Shown here one piece after another: positions 40,431 through 54,345 of a DNA stretch of 64,000 nucleotides; positions within the stretch are counted from its first letter, which is position 1, and every line of letters starts with the position of its first letter. The stretch is taken from the NCBI GenBank assembly GCA_028023455.1, contig JAQFVV010000007.1, forward strand, positions 806,001 to 870,000, written 5' to 3'. A program made the position numbers and the translations under genes. Source of the stretch: Epiperipatus broadwayi (Eukaryota > Animalia > Onychophora). The notes below the pieces were generated by a model that saw only the letters and a list, made by a program, of their open reading frames with translations, was not told where the DNA came from and made no database searches.

Positions 40431-42742
40431 TAAAGCAGAATAGTAGGAATAGCTGTTTTACCTTTATTGATATGGTGTAGGACCATCAATTGTATTAAAA
40501 ACTACTTGTGTAGTAATTGTATTGAAATTGTATGAATAGTATGTGTTCATATATATATATATATATATTGTAATGGTATGAAAAATAGAGGTCTTTAACC
40601 CAATCTAGAGATGCAGGTTGAGGGGGTTCGAACCTCACCTATTTCTTCAGACTGCCACTAAGTGACTTACTTCCCAAGACCTCACTAAAATTTCTTCTCA
40701 ATATATGCCCAGTGGTCAGAGAGAGACAACATTCAGAGGGGGAATTTACAGATAAAAAAGTGGTATGTGAATGTATTAAAAATATAATAGAAATTTATTG
40801 TTTACAAAATAATTACAATTTATTATATCAAATAAAAAATAAACAAAGATCACTCTCTAAAGAGGCAGTTAGTAATCTCTCGGCCTACCCAAGAGCATTA
40901 ATGGATTGCACAATAACTATAGATATGCAGTAAACTTCGGTTTCATTTTACAAATTATCACATTTATTGGGCATAGAGTGAATGATTCAAGGAAATAAGA
41001 GAGAGAGTATAACAGGTCATTCAGAGGTGGTAGAAAAGAGAATCTTAACAAATAGATGTTCTTTTAGCTACAATTTAAAAACATAGCCAGCAACTTAAAT
41101 TTGAACCCCCTTTGTTCTTTTCTTTTCCCCTTTACCTCACCAATATCATCAATTTTTTCCATGTAATGCTTTGAGTATAGAAGATAGTCAAGCTTAATAG
41201 AACAAATGTATTACTAAATATGTATTACTCAGAGATTCCTTATTTTTCTCCTTTTCTTGGTAGGCAGGGTTTTCCGAGATATTTTTCCATATGAGGAATG
41301 TAAAATGAAATGAAGCTGGATAGCGCTCCGGCCCTAAAACATAGTAGGATGAGAAAGGAACCTGTTTGCAGAGTGTGATCCGGGTTTAAAACAGAGCATA
41401 TTGCTTATGTCCAGTCATTTATAGATTTTACATATGATTTCTGGAATTTTATCCGGAGATTTCCGAAGATAGGTCCACCAATATGGAGATTGAACTAAGA
41501 CACATTTATAAGGGTATTCCCAACTCCCCAAGTAATACACGAAAGATTTAGACAGAATAATAATCTGTTTTAAAAAAAAATCAAGCATGAATTAAATACG
41601 AGTATCTAAATTCTCATGACACCAAATCTCTACAAAACTGAGGTAAAAGTTTAGATTAAAAACAGAAATCCCCTTATATTTATCAATCTTTATATGATCG
41701 ATTTAGATATAAACTAGTGGCTTAATAAAATATGTTAGAACTCCATTTAACCAACCCTACCCACCTCTGTTAATAAAACTTCCTCAACATTTCTAGATTA
41801 TATAAAAAAACACTCTGTCCCACATTTAAAATGTACAAGTTATTTCAAATCACTCCACTCTAAATAAAATGACTACATATATATAAAAAAGAATAATGAC
41901 AGAATATTTTATTATTCTGCCCTTTTAAGAAAAATGCTTTAAAAATTAATTAATCACACAAATACATTATATATAATAAAACAAAAAGTTATGTATACGT
42001 TTTTGTTAATGAAAACATTTAAATATATAACAAACACCAATACAATGATTTATATTACCGGTAAATGGGAATTGTGTACATCTTTTAATGAGATAGTCTT
42101 ATGGAGATTTTAGTGCACTTCATGATCTGTGTCCAGCAGCAGGCATTTGGTCAGGCAGGAGAATGTTCTAACACTGACTTTTCATTTTTGATATTAAATC
42201 ATTCCAGTTCCAATAACACAGAAAAACGATGAGAGAGAGAAAGGTCTACTCGGCCATTCCCATTACAGCGCATGAAGATACTTTTTGTTTAAATTTCTTT
42301 AAATGTTTGTGGTTAAGATACCCTTCTTTGCGGGAGCTTTTACTCACAAGTTGACTATATTCTTTTTCACTAAAATATCTTGTGATATTTTCTTAGTCCT
42401 CCCAGTTGAACTGACTCAGGCAAAGGCTGCGCAGAAAACTAACTAACTCTCTCTATCTACATAACTTTCTGGCCATCTTGCATTCCAATTCCCATTGTTC
42501 TCTATCTTATTTTTTTAATTACGGTGAGTTTCTTTTAATTAATTATTTTTTTATTATCTCTAATTAATCTCCTTGTTGAGCTCTAGGAATTTTTATTTCA
42601 TTATCTAAAAATAAAATCTTTCAATTTCATTTTCTGAAATTAAAAGAACATTTCATAAATATTTCTACTTTACATTTACTTTACATTCATTGTGGTTGAA
42701 CTCTGGGTCTTTAGTTAAACCACAGTGAATGGTGAAGCAGAC

Positions 42743-42769
<27 letters not shown>

Positions 42770-42773
<4 letters not shown>

Positions 42774-44301
42774 ACACCCACCGACATATCTATATCCCTC
42801 CATTATGGACTCTCACCCGAAGCTTCGACGAGAGGTATTTATGAGCATGGTTTGAACCCATCTCACGCGCCAATCTTACCAGTAGGTAGGAATTACCTCC
42901 TCGAAAACATATATATAGGTTCTAATATCTATCTGATGTGGTGACGCACCGAACTAGCTCAATCTCAAGGGACATCTGTCTATCTAGAGAACAAGGCTAT
43001 AAATTACCCAACACTGTCCTACGCATATATTTATTTTTACGATAGCTTAAAGCTCGAAATCCTTAATCTAACCCGGGTCTGATGGGATTTATTCTACTTG
43101 ATCATATACCTTCCCAATAAATCTCTTCGAACCTACATATATGATTGCTATGCAAACACTCAGGCCATCCATTATCATACACACACATATATCACGCTCA
43201 TTCATCCACACACCAAATAATGCAAATACATATATATGTGAGCGGTATGATTAATATAGTCATATATCTAACTTTAAATATAAAATTTTAATATAGCAAT
43301 TAACTGAGGTAACACGAATTCTTTATTGAGATACATATACTGAAAATAGTTGGTGACGTGTCACTTTACCTGGACTCACGCGATTAAACAAGTCTGTATT
43401 GACGTCTGGCCACGAACTTGATCTGGTGGATCTCACGGATGGCAAACAGTTCCAATGGTCGTTAGGTCCGGCGACAGGTTTCAGAGGTGGAGTAGTTGGT
43501 GTACTCTTTCGCAAAGGTCTAAATCTCGAACGATTTTGGTCTTCATTTCCTCTATGGAACAAAATCTCTTGATTTATTATGACAGTTCGCAAGTCCGGTC
43601 AGGTGAATTCATGACGAGTATCCTCGGAGTCGAGTAACGACTAGTGCACAATCCAATTACCCCGCCATTTTCTGACAAAAAAATATTAAAACTTCTTAAG
43701 AAAAATCTTTGCGTCCTCCTTGTTAGTATTCAAGCCGCTTCTCTTTTTTTTTTTTTTTCTTTTTCTCCACTCGAGCGCAAGACAAAAAAAAAAGTTCCTT
43801 TGTATTCACCTTTAACTCTTCAAAATCTTTCTGCATATTCCTACGCCGCTGACCAGTCCTTCCATTGTTCTTCAACACAAAAAAAAAACTATATCCACAG
43901 ACCAGTTTTCCGCCTTCCCGGCGCCAGTTATTACCAAACTGCCTACAGCAATTCACTCATCCTATTTCAGTCCTCACATGTTCACAAGGTGACTCAACAA
44001 AAGAAAACACGTGTTACCAAAATTATTAATAAACTCAAAAAAAAAACTATGTGAATAAAATCTATCTAAGAATAATTAATTGCGCTTTATACAGCTCTAC
44101 ATATATAAGTGATCACAACCCCTCCGATACTAACTACGTATTTTTATACTCACACATACGCTATATCTACATTACTTGTAACCGGGTTCGAATGACCGTT
44201 TACATATATTTTTTTATTTATTTGTTTATACATGGTCCCTACATTAACACTATCAATCATGTCATATTTACATATGCGTGTATTCGAACCCGTTCGTTAC
44301 A
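42770..44301 (-). repeat. Younger CpG-rich solo LTR nested in the (TA)n of an LTR
   Basis: Absent from the sister LTR at ~48329. Termini T(A)TAAC...GTTACA; TA tracts on both sides. Orientation is inferred. Confidence 0.75.
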
Positions 44302-46108
44302 ATATATATATATATATATTCCATGTGTATATATGTATTGCTTCATATTCCTAGAACCCATCAAAAAAAATGACAAAAAATGACCCTAGTTACCTTCTGT
44401 GTGGAGTGGAGCAGAGTGATACCAGGGAGTTATAAATCTAATTTAAAAATAGAAACCCAGATTAAACAAGCAATATATTTATAAATCATCAAAGTTAAAA
44501 TATCAGTCCATTTGTTTCTTTATCCCTTTGCTTATATAATCATTTTATGGGTGGATCTTCCTCCCTGGGATCCAGTATTTCCATTGCATTCTTGTGTATT
44601 TATCTGGTCGTGATATGGCATTAATGCTCTTGCATTAGATGACAACTGTTTTCATTTTTTGTTTTCTAATAGGAAAGCATTTTTTCAGTTTCTTCTTATG
44701 GGTGGCCTTGAACATTTGCACTTGTATTATGTACTGGTTTCTTTACTACATGATGTCCCCTTGCTTGTGTTGTCACTGGGCCTTGAGTAGTGAAGAGGTT
44801 TGTAAAATGCTTAAAAGCATAATGTAACATATCCTGCTTTTTATTGCTCCATATATTTTTGTTTGTAATTCGTTGTTCTGCTGATATCTTCTCTAGAACT
44901 CCATTTACATTTCTTGTACTCTGTTGTCTGCTGCTGCCAAAATCCATTTTTTTGTTATAAAACGGATTTGTGAAGTTTTTAAAAGCCTGATGTGGAGTAC
45001 GTTGCTTTTTTACACTCCATGTATTTTGGTTTATGATTTGTCACTCTGCTGATGGTATATTTATTTGAACACAACTTACATTTGTTGTATTCTGTGAATT
45101 ATTGTTGCTAACATCCCCTTTTTCATTATAAAAGTCAAAGGTCTGATCCCGATAGTTCATTTGGGAGTCATGCTTCTCAAGAAGGTCTGATCCCAAGAAT
45201 GCATCTTGGAGTAAAACCGGCATGGTCTGAAATGTGTGGCATACATCTTTGGTGCCACTGTTTATATTTAACTCCATCTGGTGTGATCCCACAATGGCAT
45301 CTTGGAGTTTCTCTTTTCTTGTTTTCAGTATCAGTTTTTTTCTTGTGTATCTCTCTTTTCTGCTACTTGTTGTTCCAATTGTTTCTCCATTTTCTCCATT
45401 CTTACTACTAGGTCTTTTATCAATTGGAATAGCTGTCTCATCTGTTTAGGTTCTGGTGTGTTGATATCTTGGTTTTGCAACATAATCTGCTACAGCTGAT
45501 TTATGTCATCTATTGTGACATTACGGATTTCTTCTTGTGTATTATTCATATTTTGAAAATAAATAAAAAAATTGGTTTTCTTGGGTTTTTGGTTTAATAT
45601 CGCTCTCTCCCAATTGTCTCCTTACTGTTGCTGAACCTAGTATGTTGGTTTTCTTGAAGTGTGTTTTCCTGACCAGTTTGTTTCTTCCTGCTGCTAGCAT
45701 ATACAATCACTAAATGTACTTAGTGCTCCGTTATCCATATGTCTATAGTATTGAATATTAAAATCTGCAGAAAAAAAATTTTTTGACTTGACCCCCTTTG
45801 TTCTGCTCCACAATGATCACTCTGTCCCCTCACACCACAAAAAATAGAAAAAAAAACAAGTATTAGTATATATTTCCACAATGATTATTCCAACCAGTGT
45901 TTGGTTGGTTTCAACACATGTACATTTATATATAAACCACAACCAAAAAAAAATTTTCAGAGAGAGCAAAAACTGCAGTGAAAAATATATCCACACTTTT
46001 GTCATTCATCGAAATTTCAATTTCACATATCACCAAAAAAAATGAGAAAAAAAATTCATTATTATCAATTTTCCTTATTCCCCTCTCAGGGTCTATCTCT
46101 GAGGTAAG

Positions 46109-46126
46109 GCCACACTTGGGACGCCA
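46109..46126 (-). promoter_or_regulatory. Primer-binding site, tRNA-Lys(CTT)-like
   Basis: Minus strand TGGCGTCCCAAGTGTGGC versus TGGCGCCCAACGTGGGGC; 17 nt from the LTR end. The first 9 nt also fit tRNA-Asn. Confidence 0.55.
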
Positions 46127-46143
46127 GATTATACAAAAAAAAC

Positions 46144-48375
46144 TGTAATGGTATGAAAAATAAAGCTGCTTTAACCCAATCTACAGATGCAGGTTGAGGG
46201 GGTTCAAACCTCACCTACTCCTTCAGACTGCCACTAAGCGACTTACTTCCCAAGACCTCACTAGAATTTCTTCTCAATACATGCCCGGTGGTCAGGGAGA
46301 GACAAGTCTCGGAGGGGGAATTTACAGATAAGAAAGTGGTATGTGAATGTATTAAAAATAAAATAGAAATTTATTGTTTACAAAAGAATTACAATTTATT
46401 ATATCAAACAAAGAAATAAACAAAGATCACTCTCTAAAGAGGCGGTTAGTAATCTCTTGGCCTACCCAAGAGCATTAATGGATTGCACAATAACTATAGA
46501 TATGCAGCAAACTTCGGTTTCATTTTACAAATTATCACATTTAGTGAGCATAGAGTGAATGATTCAAGAAAATGAGAGAGAGAGAGAGTAAAAGGGGTCA
46601 TTCAGAGGTGGTAGAAAAGAGAATCTTAACAAGACAGATCATTAGTTAAATAGATGTTCTTTTAGCTATGATTTAAAAACATAGCCAGCAATTTAAATTT
46701 GAACTCCCTTTGTTTTTTTCTTTTCCCCTTTACCGCACCAATATCATCATTTTTTTCCATGTAGTGCTTTGAGTATAGAAGATAGTCAAGCTTAATAGAA
46801 CAAATGTATTACTAAATATGTTTTACTCAGAGATTCGTTATTTTTCTCCTTTTCTTGGGAGGCAGGGTTTTCCGAGATATTTTTCCATATGAGGAATGTA
46901 AAATGAAATGAGGCTGGATAGCGCTCTGACCCTAAAACATAGTAGGATGAGAAAGAAACCCGTTCACAGAGCGTGATCCGAGTTCAAACCAGAGCATATT
47001 GCTTATGTCCAGTCATTTATAGATTTTACATATGATTTCTGGAATTTTATCCAGAGATTTCCGAAGATAGGTCCACCAATATGGAGATTGAACTAAGACA
47101 CATTTATAAGGGTATTCCCGACTCCCCAAGTAATACATGAAAGATTTAGATGGAATAATAATCCATTTAAAAAAAAAATCAAGCCTGAATTAAATACGAG
47201 TATCTAAATTCTCATGACACCAAAGCTCTACAAAACTGAGGTAAAAGTTTAGATTAAGAAAAGAAATCCCCTTATATTTATCGATCTTTATATGATCGAT
47301 TTAGATATATACTAGTGGCTTAATAAAATATGTTAGAACTCCATTTAACCAACTCTACCTACCTCTGTTAATAACAATTCTTTAACATTTCTAGATTATA
47401 TAAAAAACACTCTGTCCCACATTTAAAATGTACAAGTTATTTCAAATCACTCCACTCTAAATAAAATGACTACATATAAAAAAAGAATAATGACAGAATA
47501 TTTTATTATTCTGCCCTTTTAAGAAAAACACTTTAAAAATTAATTAATCACACAAATACATTATATATAATAAAACAAAAAGTTACGTATACGTTTTTTG
47601 TTAATGAAAACATTTAAATATATAACAAACATCAATACAATGATTTGTATTACCGGTAAATGGTAAATGCATATGTCTTTTAATGAGATAGTCTTATGGA
47701 GATTTTAGTGCATTTCATGATCCATGTCCAGCAGCAGGCATTTGGTCAGGCAGAAAAATGTTCTAACACCGACTCTTCATTTTTGATATTAAATCATTCC
47801 AGTTCCAGCAACACAGAAAAACGATGAGAGAGAGAGAGAGAAAGGTCTACTCGGCCATTCCCGTTACAGCGCATGAAGATTCTTTTTGTTTAAATTTCTT
47901 TAAATGTTTGTGGTTAATATACCCTTCTTTGCGGGAGCTTTTACTCGCAAGTCGACTATATTCTTCTTCACTAAATTATCTTGTGATATTTTCTTAGTCC
48001 TCATGGTTGAACTGACTCAGGCAAAGGCTGCGCAGAAAACTAACTAACTCTCTCTATCTACACAACTTTCTGGCCATCTTGCATTCCAATCCCCATTGTT
48101 CTCTATCTAATTTTTTTAATTATGGTGGGTTTCTTTTAATTATTTATTTTTTATTATCTCTAATTAATCCTCTTGGTGAGCTCTGGATTTTTTATTTCAT
48201 TATCTAAAAATAAAATCTTTCAATTTCATTTTCTGAAATTAAAAGAACATTCCGTAAATATTTCTACTTTACATTTAGTTTACATTCATTGTGGTTGAAC
48301 TCTGGGTCAGTAAATGGTGAAGCAGACATATATATATATATATATATATTCCATTTGTATATATGTATAACTTCA
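46144..48375 (-). repeat. 5' LTR of element 4
   Basis: Paralog of 40569-42769 plus 44302-44345. Confidence 0.88.
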
Positions 48376-48692
48376 ATATATATATAATATTTGTTTGAAA
48401 AAAAAAGCCATTTTCCAAGAAGAACAAAATCTCTAGTTTTTTGAGACATATCAGTAAATAATAATACTTCCGGTTTAATGGCGGCCTCTGAATGCAGATC
48501 TTTTGCATCATCTCTTATCTAATGTGAATATATTTGCATTAAAAAGGGAAAAATTCAAGAGAAAATTACAAAACTATATCTGTGAGTACAATCTTTATTA
48601 TTCTATGCAATTATTTAGCGCGATTTACTACTTTAAAGTAGTTTTGACACATTAAATTAAATAACGTTTATTAATTACAGTTAACCGCTAAA

Positions 48693-51140
48693 ATGGACTA
48701 TGTAATAAAGCCTATACTAAGGCCTAAATGCTCTAATGGGAGGAAAAATATATATACTAACCTTAAAACCTCTGATGAGTCCCAAAGTTTGGATTACAAC
48801 AATAAACCCTCCAAAAAACCTAAGAATAAATCTACAACAGTAGAAAGCATTTCAAATAATCAATTTCTTTCTTCTTTGACTACTAACAATCTGATAATAA
48901 AATCTATGCTACAATCGAAACACTGTCATGTGAAAGGGGAAAATAATTCGAAATTATCTAGTGATTTCCAAATTGTAAATGCAAAGATTGCAACCCCTAA
49001 TGACCCTAAAAATAGAGGTGAAAATGTTCGAAATGATCATACCGTTAAAAAAAGTATAATTCCTTTCATAAACTCGCGAAACAAAGGGAAAACTTTGCAA
49101 CAGGGGAAAAATGATGATTCCCCAATTACAGCCTCAAACAAAAAAATGAATCACTTAGAGAATACCAAAACTTTACAAACACCATCAAAAACTAATCTAT
49201 CTCCACTAAATAATCCAGAATGGGGAAAACAGATAAACAACAATAATTTATATAATAACACAAATCTAAATCTCATAAAATCTCCAAAACATTTAAAGGA
49301 AAATAAAAATTCCAAAACTACAATAATTAAACCAAATCAGAAATTGACCATAAACCATAATGATATGCACTCTCCCATTCCAAAACAATCTTCACTAAGT
49401 CACCCAGAGTTTGACAAATTCAATATCACAAGCCCTGAATACAGGGATTCAAACCAACTACCTCACAACTCTGAGCATAATAAAACCACAAGCCCAATGA
49501 TGAATGAAATGACATTTGCAAACAAGGTCAGAGCTAACATAATGATAAATACACATCATCAAACATCACAACCTGATAAATACATGGAAGCAATTCGACT
49601 TTTATAAGAAATAGAAACAGAACAGTCTACATCAAACTACTCTAATCTTCAAACAACATCTACAGATAATCCTACTTGTGATATTCAGAACCATAAAATA
49701 ATAAATGAACAGTTTAACCAAACCATCCCATTGCCACTCTACAAATCTCTACTCACTAATATAATGAGTGTTCTCTCATACTTTCCAGTACAGATAACTG
49801 TTTAAATCTATACACATTCCCTACATCATCACTATATGAACTATGTAAAGCACATGGCTGGTGGAAATCGATCCATAAGATCCTCTTTTATCCAAATGAA
49901 AGATATCTTATCATCCAGTTCACAAACATACAAGTTAAAGCTGCCTTTAGAAATAGTCATAAACTCCTAAACAACAAATTTCTTGTCTACATTGACCTCA
50001 ACCGCCCAGTTGTTGTAACAGGGCGAATTCAAAAATGTACCATGGACTTTGAAAAGGCAGACTATCAGTGCCACTTCAAAGACTATGGCACCATTACCAA
50101 ATTTCAATACCTAGTAGCAGACAATGATGATTCCACAGTATACATCAACACTGCACAATTTCAGCTAGTTCTTAAAAAAGGAATTCCATCTCAATCAGTC
50201 CCATCTCTAATTCAACATGGTGAATCTCCACTCAACATCATCTTTCGTGGCCTTCCACCCCAATGCTTCCATTGCAGGCAGAGAGGCCATCTAAAAAAAG
50301 ATTGTCAAGAGAGAAAAGGCATAATTTGTGGAGAGATTCGGTACAAATTCCACAAATGTGATAGCGATCAAGAAAATCAACATCTAACAAATACAAACCC
50401 AAGTCTCAAGCAACAATATATCACTAGCAATACCATAGATCACACTACATCATCATCAAAAATTCCTAATGATAAAACTTCCTTGGAAACAACAATTTCA
50501 ACTCACTCCTGAACAGCTGCATACCAATGACAATTGCGTATCATCATCAGATACAGCAACAATCAGCCAAACAGACATGGACACCGATGCTGAACAAAGT
50601 GACACTACAATGGCCAGCAACAGAATTCCACATAAAAGAAAACATAAAAAAAAACAATAGCTCTGAACAATCACAAGAAAGTAGCAATAGCAATGAATGT
50701 GACAATCTTCGAGATGCAACAAAGACTAATATTCCCCCACCAAATAGACCTTGTAAAAAAAATGAAGAGACCGTTCTTCAAAAGTCACAAGTTCATATAA
50801 CCTCACAAATGAAACAAAAACAATAGACCAAGATAACAACATACAACTGATTGACCCTTTGTCTCAAAATAAAGTGGCCTCATGTCAACATGAAAATGAT
50901 AATGAACGCTTACTGATAGACTTATCTCCATCATTGTGGCCTATTCCTGAACCTATTCCACCAGACCTCAACTTATCTAAGAACCTAATACAATCTGAAC
51001 CTTATCATCACCCCACGAATTTGATGCTGGAACAGAATATTATGGTCTTAGAAACTGGATCACATTCCAATCAGGCAAACTCTCCCACACGAGAAAGCGG
51101 TTTCACTATCAATGATGACTTTCAACATAACATCGATTAA
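48693..51140 (+). pseudogene. L1/Tx1-type LINE ORF1 (Asn/Lys-rich N-terminus, RRM-like region, CCHC knuckle), disrupted
   Basis: IIFRGLPPQCFHCRQRGHLKKDC knuckle typical of Tx1/L1 ORF1; spread over several frames (48693-49607, 50042-50512, 50527-50826, 50859-51140). Confidence 0.75.
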
Positions 51141-54100
51141 CGTCAGAGGCATGAACTCCCTTGGCAGAATCCAAGCATTATCATTCTGGCTTAAGCATAA
51201 TACACCTGATGTTCTTTGCCTCAATGAAACAAAACTTCACACACTATCTGACCAAAACATCATACAGAGAATACAAAAATTTGGATACTTCCATTATTCC
51301 TTCTCCTCCTCTGCATCTGGTGGAGTAGCAATTCTTTTTAATAAAAAATCTGAAATAACCTTTTTCAAAATAATTCATATAGACTCTGTCTGCCTCATAG
51401 CCATTATACAGGTAAATGGATGGACACTTAACATAATAAATGTTTACATGACCAAAGCATCAGATATAATCTATAGAATCATCCACACTATCAACGCAGT
51501 TTTAAGAACTAACCCTTTTCCTGCATTGATGTTGGGTGACTTTAATCATACATATGATTCTTTTGAAAGGAGTCACTTAAGATCACTGAGCAACACCTTT
51601 ACAAGTGGAAGACAGCTTTTTGATGTGTCTGCCTTCTCATTCTATTCATCACAGTTTAAGTCCCTCATTGATCTTTTATACTTCTCTCCTTCACTTGCTC
51701 CCTTCATTGAAGCTAACCTGTGGCCTGTTGTCTTTACGGACCACATGGCACTAGAGGTCCTTATCAGAATTGTGGATAACACACATTCATATGGCAACAT
51801 TCCACGAACAATGAGGATCCTCACAAAGGAATCTGCCACTATACAACTCATCTCTGAGATTTACATATCATTCAACTCTGCTAATATAAACACACTTTCA
51901 CCATGTGATAAATGGAATAACTTCATAAATATTCTACAATCACATATTCATAAATGCACTCAACATAATAAACGTCCCCTCAAATTACTAAGTCAATTGG
52001 ACAAGATAGCCGACACACTTAAACATTTGCCCATACAAAGGCAAAATATCCAAGAAATTACTCGCCTTAAACTACAATACAAAGCTACCCAACAATCCCT
52101 GGCTGAATACCTATCAATTAAACGAGTGCGCAGTTACTTAGCATATCAACACTGCTGGACTCGAGGTTACATCAGATGGGCCCTAGGATCCAACCAACAA
52201 AACAAGGCACCCTCATCGATCAAGATACACAGTAAACAATATATCGGCCTCTCCATGCTTTCCAAAATAAGAGACTTTTACAAAAGAAAATTACAACCTA
52301 TTGGTGTCACTAACATCCGTAGAGTTTTTGTTACTAACAACCCTATGAAACATAACATCACAGATGGTGATGTTCTTGACAAACTGCAATCACTCCCAGA
52401 AAGTGTCCATCCTGGCATGCATGAAATTCCCAGATTTCTACTTTTACACCTAAGAGCTTTTACTATCCCAGTAATCCACGGAATGATAGACCTCATCGCC
52501 ACTGGACATCATCACCTAATAAACCTATGTCCCATCTCCATGGTACCCTTTTTAAAGAAGTGAGATGCACAACCAGATCTCAATAAACTGCATCCTATCT
52601 CGATGATTCTTCTATTGACAAAGATCATCGAGAGCATCATTAAAGACAAGATTCAATATAACATAATTAAACAACTTTCACGCTATCAATTTGCAAAAAA
52701 AGGCTCTTCAACATCTGACGCTGTCAGCTGCTTCAGATTTCTGGTCAATCATGTGCGGAGACAAAGGAAGCTTCGGCCCATTGCAGTCCAACTTGATATA
52801 GCTGGGGCATTCGACTCTGTGAGAATTGATGTTCTTCTCAGTGTTCTGGAACAGCTAAATGTACCACCCATATACATTCAAATGATTGAGAACCTTCTTT
52901 ACAATCGGGAAGTTTTCTTGTCCCTAGATGGTCGCATTGCCCCAGGTTTTATGCCCTACATCTCCATCCCCCAAGATTCTCCCCTGAGTGCACTTCTCTT
53001 TGCTGCCTATATCAATCCAATGCTGTTGAACATCGAGGCCACGTTTTCTGGTATCGCTGTTCCGCTACTTAATGAGAACATCAATCACATCTCCTATATG
53101 GATGATGTAGTTGTGTTTCTTTCATCCCATGATGAACTGGGTAAGCTAAAACAACTTCTTGATCACCATGCCAAATTATCTGGTTTCCTTGTCAACCCAA
53201 AAAAATTAGCTATTTGGTCAATTCTTACTGGCCACAAGATCTCTGGTGGATTTGAAGCAGCACCACAGAAATTTCTAGGATTTCACCTATCAAAAACACC
53301 CACGGTGATGCATAAAGAGATACAGGACTCATTATTAGAGAAAATTGAAACCACAATCGCATCTTTGTCAAAAATATACCTTTCCCTATTTGGGAAAGTA
53401 GCCCTTTTAAATGCTCTCATTCTTCCAAAAATAATATACTATTTGGCAGGGTTCATCCCCACCAAGGTATTCATCAACAAAGTAGAAACCACCTGTAGAA
53501 AACTGTGTTGGGTGGGCCAATCACCCGTAATTAGCTTGAGAATCCTCCAAAAGCCCAAAACTTTAAATGGTCTCTCACTACACTCGCTAACTATATTCAA
53601 CTTACAATGCATCCATAATGTACTCTACAACATCTTCAAGGGAAATGAACGTGCTCAATGCCCACTTCCGGAAAAGGACATTCAACCTACTGATCGGCCA
53701 CCCCCCAGAGGATGTGTCTTGCTCCTTCAACAGCAGATCAACTTTATCTTTGATAACATCAAACCAACATCAACCCTGTTTCAAAGAAAACTTGCGTATT
53801 GGGAAGTGTTTGATCTTCTTGACCATCAAAAACAGAGGATCCCCAGCTGCCTTTCAATCAACATCCTTCGAATGATAAGGATGACCAAGCTCTGGAAGTT
53901 GCCGCCAAAAATCATGGACTTCCTATTGAAATCGAACCTGCATGCCCTCCCAACAAATGCCTTCCTCCACTATAAAAGGGGGCAAGATATTGACCCTAAT
54001 TGCACATTGTGTCAAAGACAGGAAGAGACTACCGATCACTTCCTCTTCGAATGCATAACTTTGAACAACTTAAGAACTCATTTTCAACAAAACATGACAA

Positions 54101-54345
54101 GAAATCAAATTGAAATGAACCTCAAGACAGCAATTGAAAAGGGCATATTCTCTGAGATCCAGCTTTCGGCCATAATTAACTTTTCCATCTGGGCATTGTG
54201 CTGTAAGCTGGTGTTCCAGGCTGAGACCTTGAATAATATATTCACAGCATTTTGACAAATACTAAACAAGGAAAGGGATAGAGATATGTGCACTGCTGAC
54301 CCCTTCACAGCTGCACAAACCTGGGACTCCATTGCAATTGGATAG
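51112..54345 (+). pseudogene. L1/Tx1-type LINE ORF2 (APE endonuclease, RT, zf-RVT) with two in-frame TGA stops
   Basis: APE: SINVRG, CLNETK, GGVAIL, MLGDFN, TDHMA. RT: QLDIAGAFDSV, PQDSPLS, YMDD, FLG. Zinc finger CTLCQRQEETTDHFLFEC. The same frame continues across TGA at 52561 and TGA at 54253. Confidence 0.93.

Larger units (their letters stand above)
40569..48375 (-). mobile_element. Non-autonomous long-LTR retrotransposon (internally deleted gypsy)
   Basis: ~2.2-kb LTRs (40569-44345, interrupted; 46144-48375) with TGTAATGG...CTTCA termini and ATAT flanks. The ~1.8-kb interior has a gag coiled-coil and a protease remnant (DAFLGSDLLEKHDSQMNY). PBS-like motif at 46109-46126. Confidence 0.88.

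Noticed and set aside
48772-48800. ctgatgagtcc...ggat hammerhead-like start
   Set aside because: Lacks GAAA and lies within LINE ORF1.
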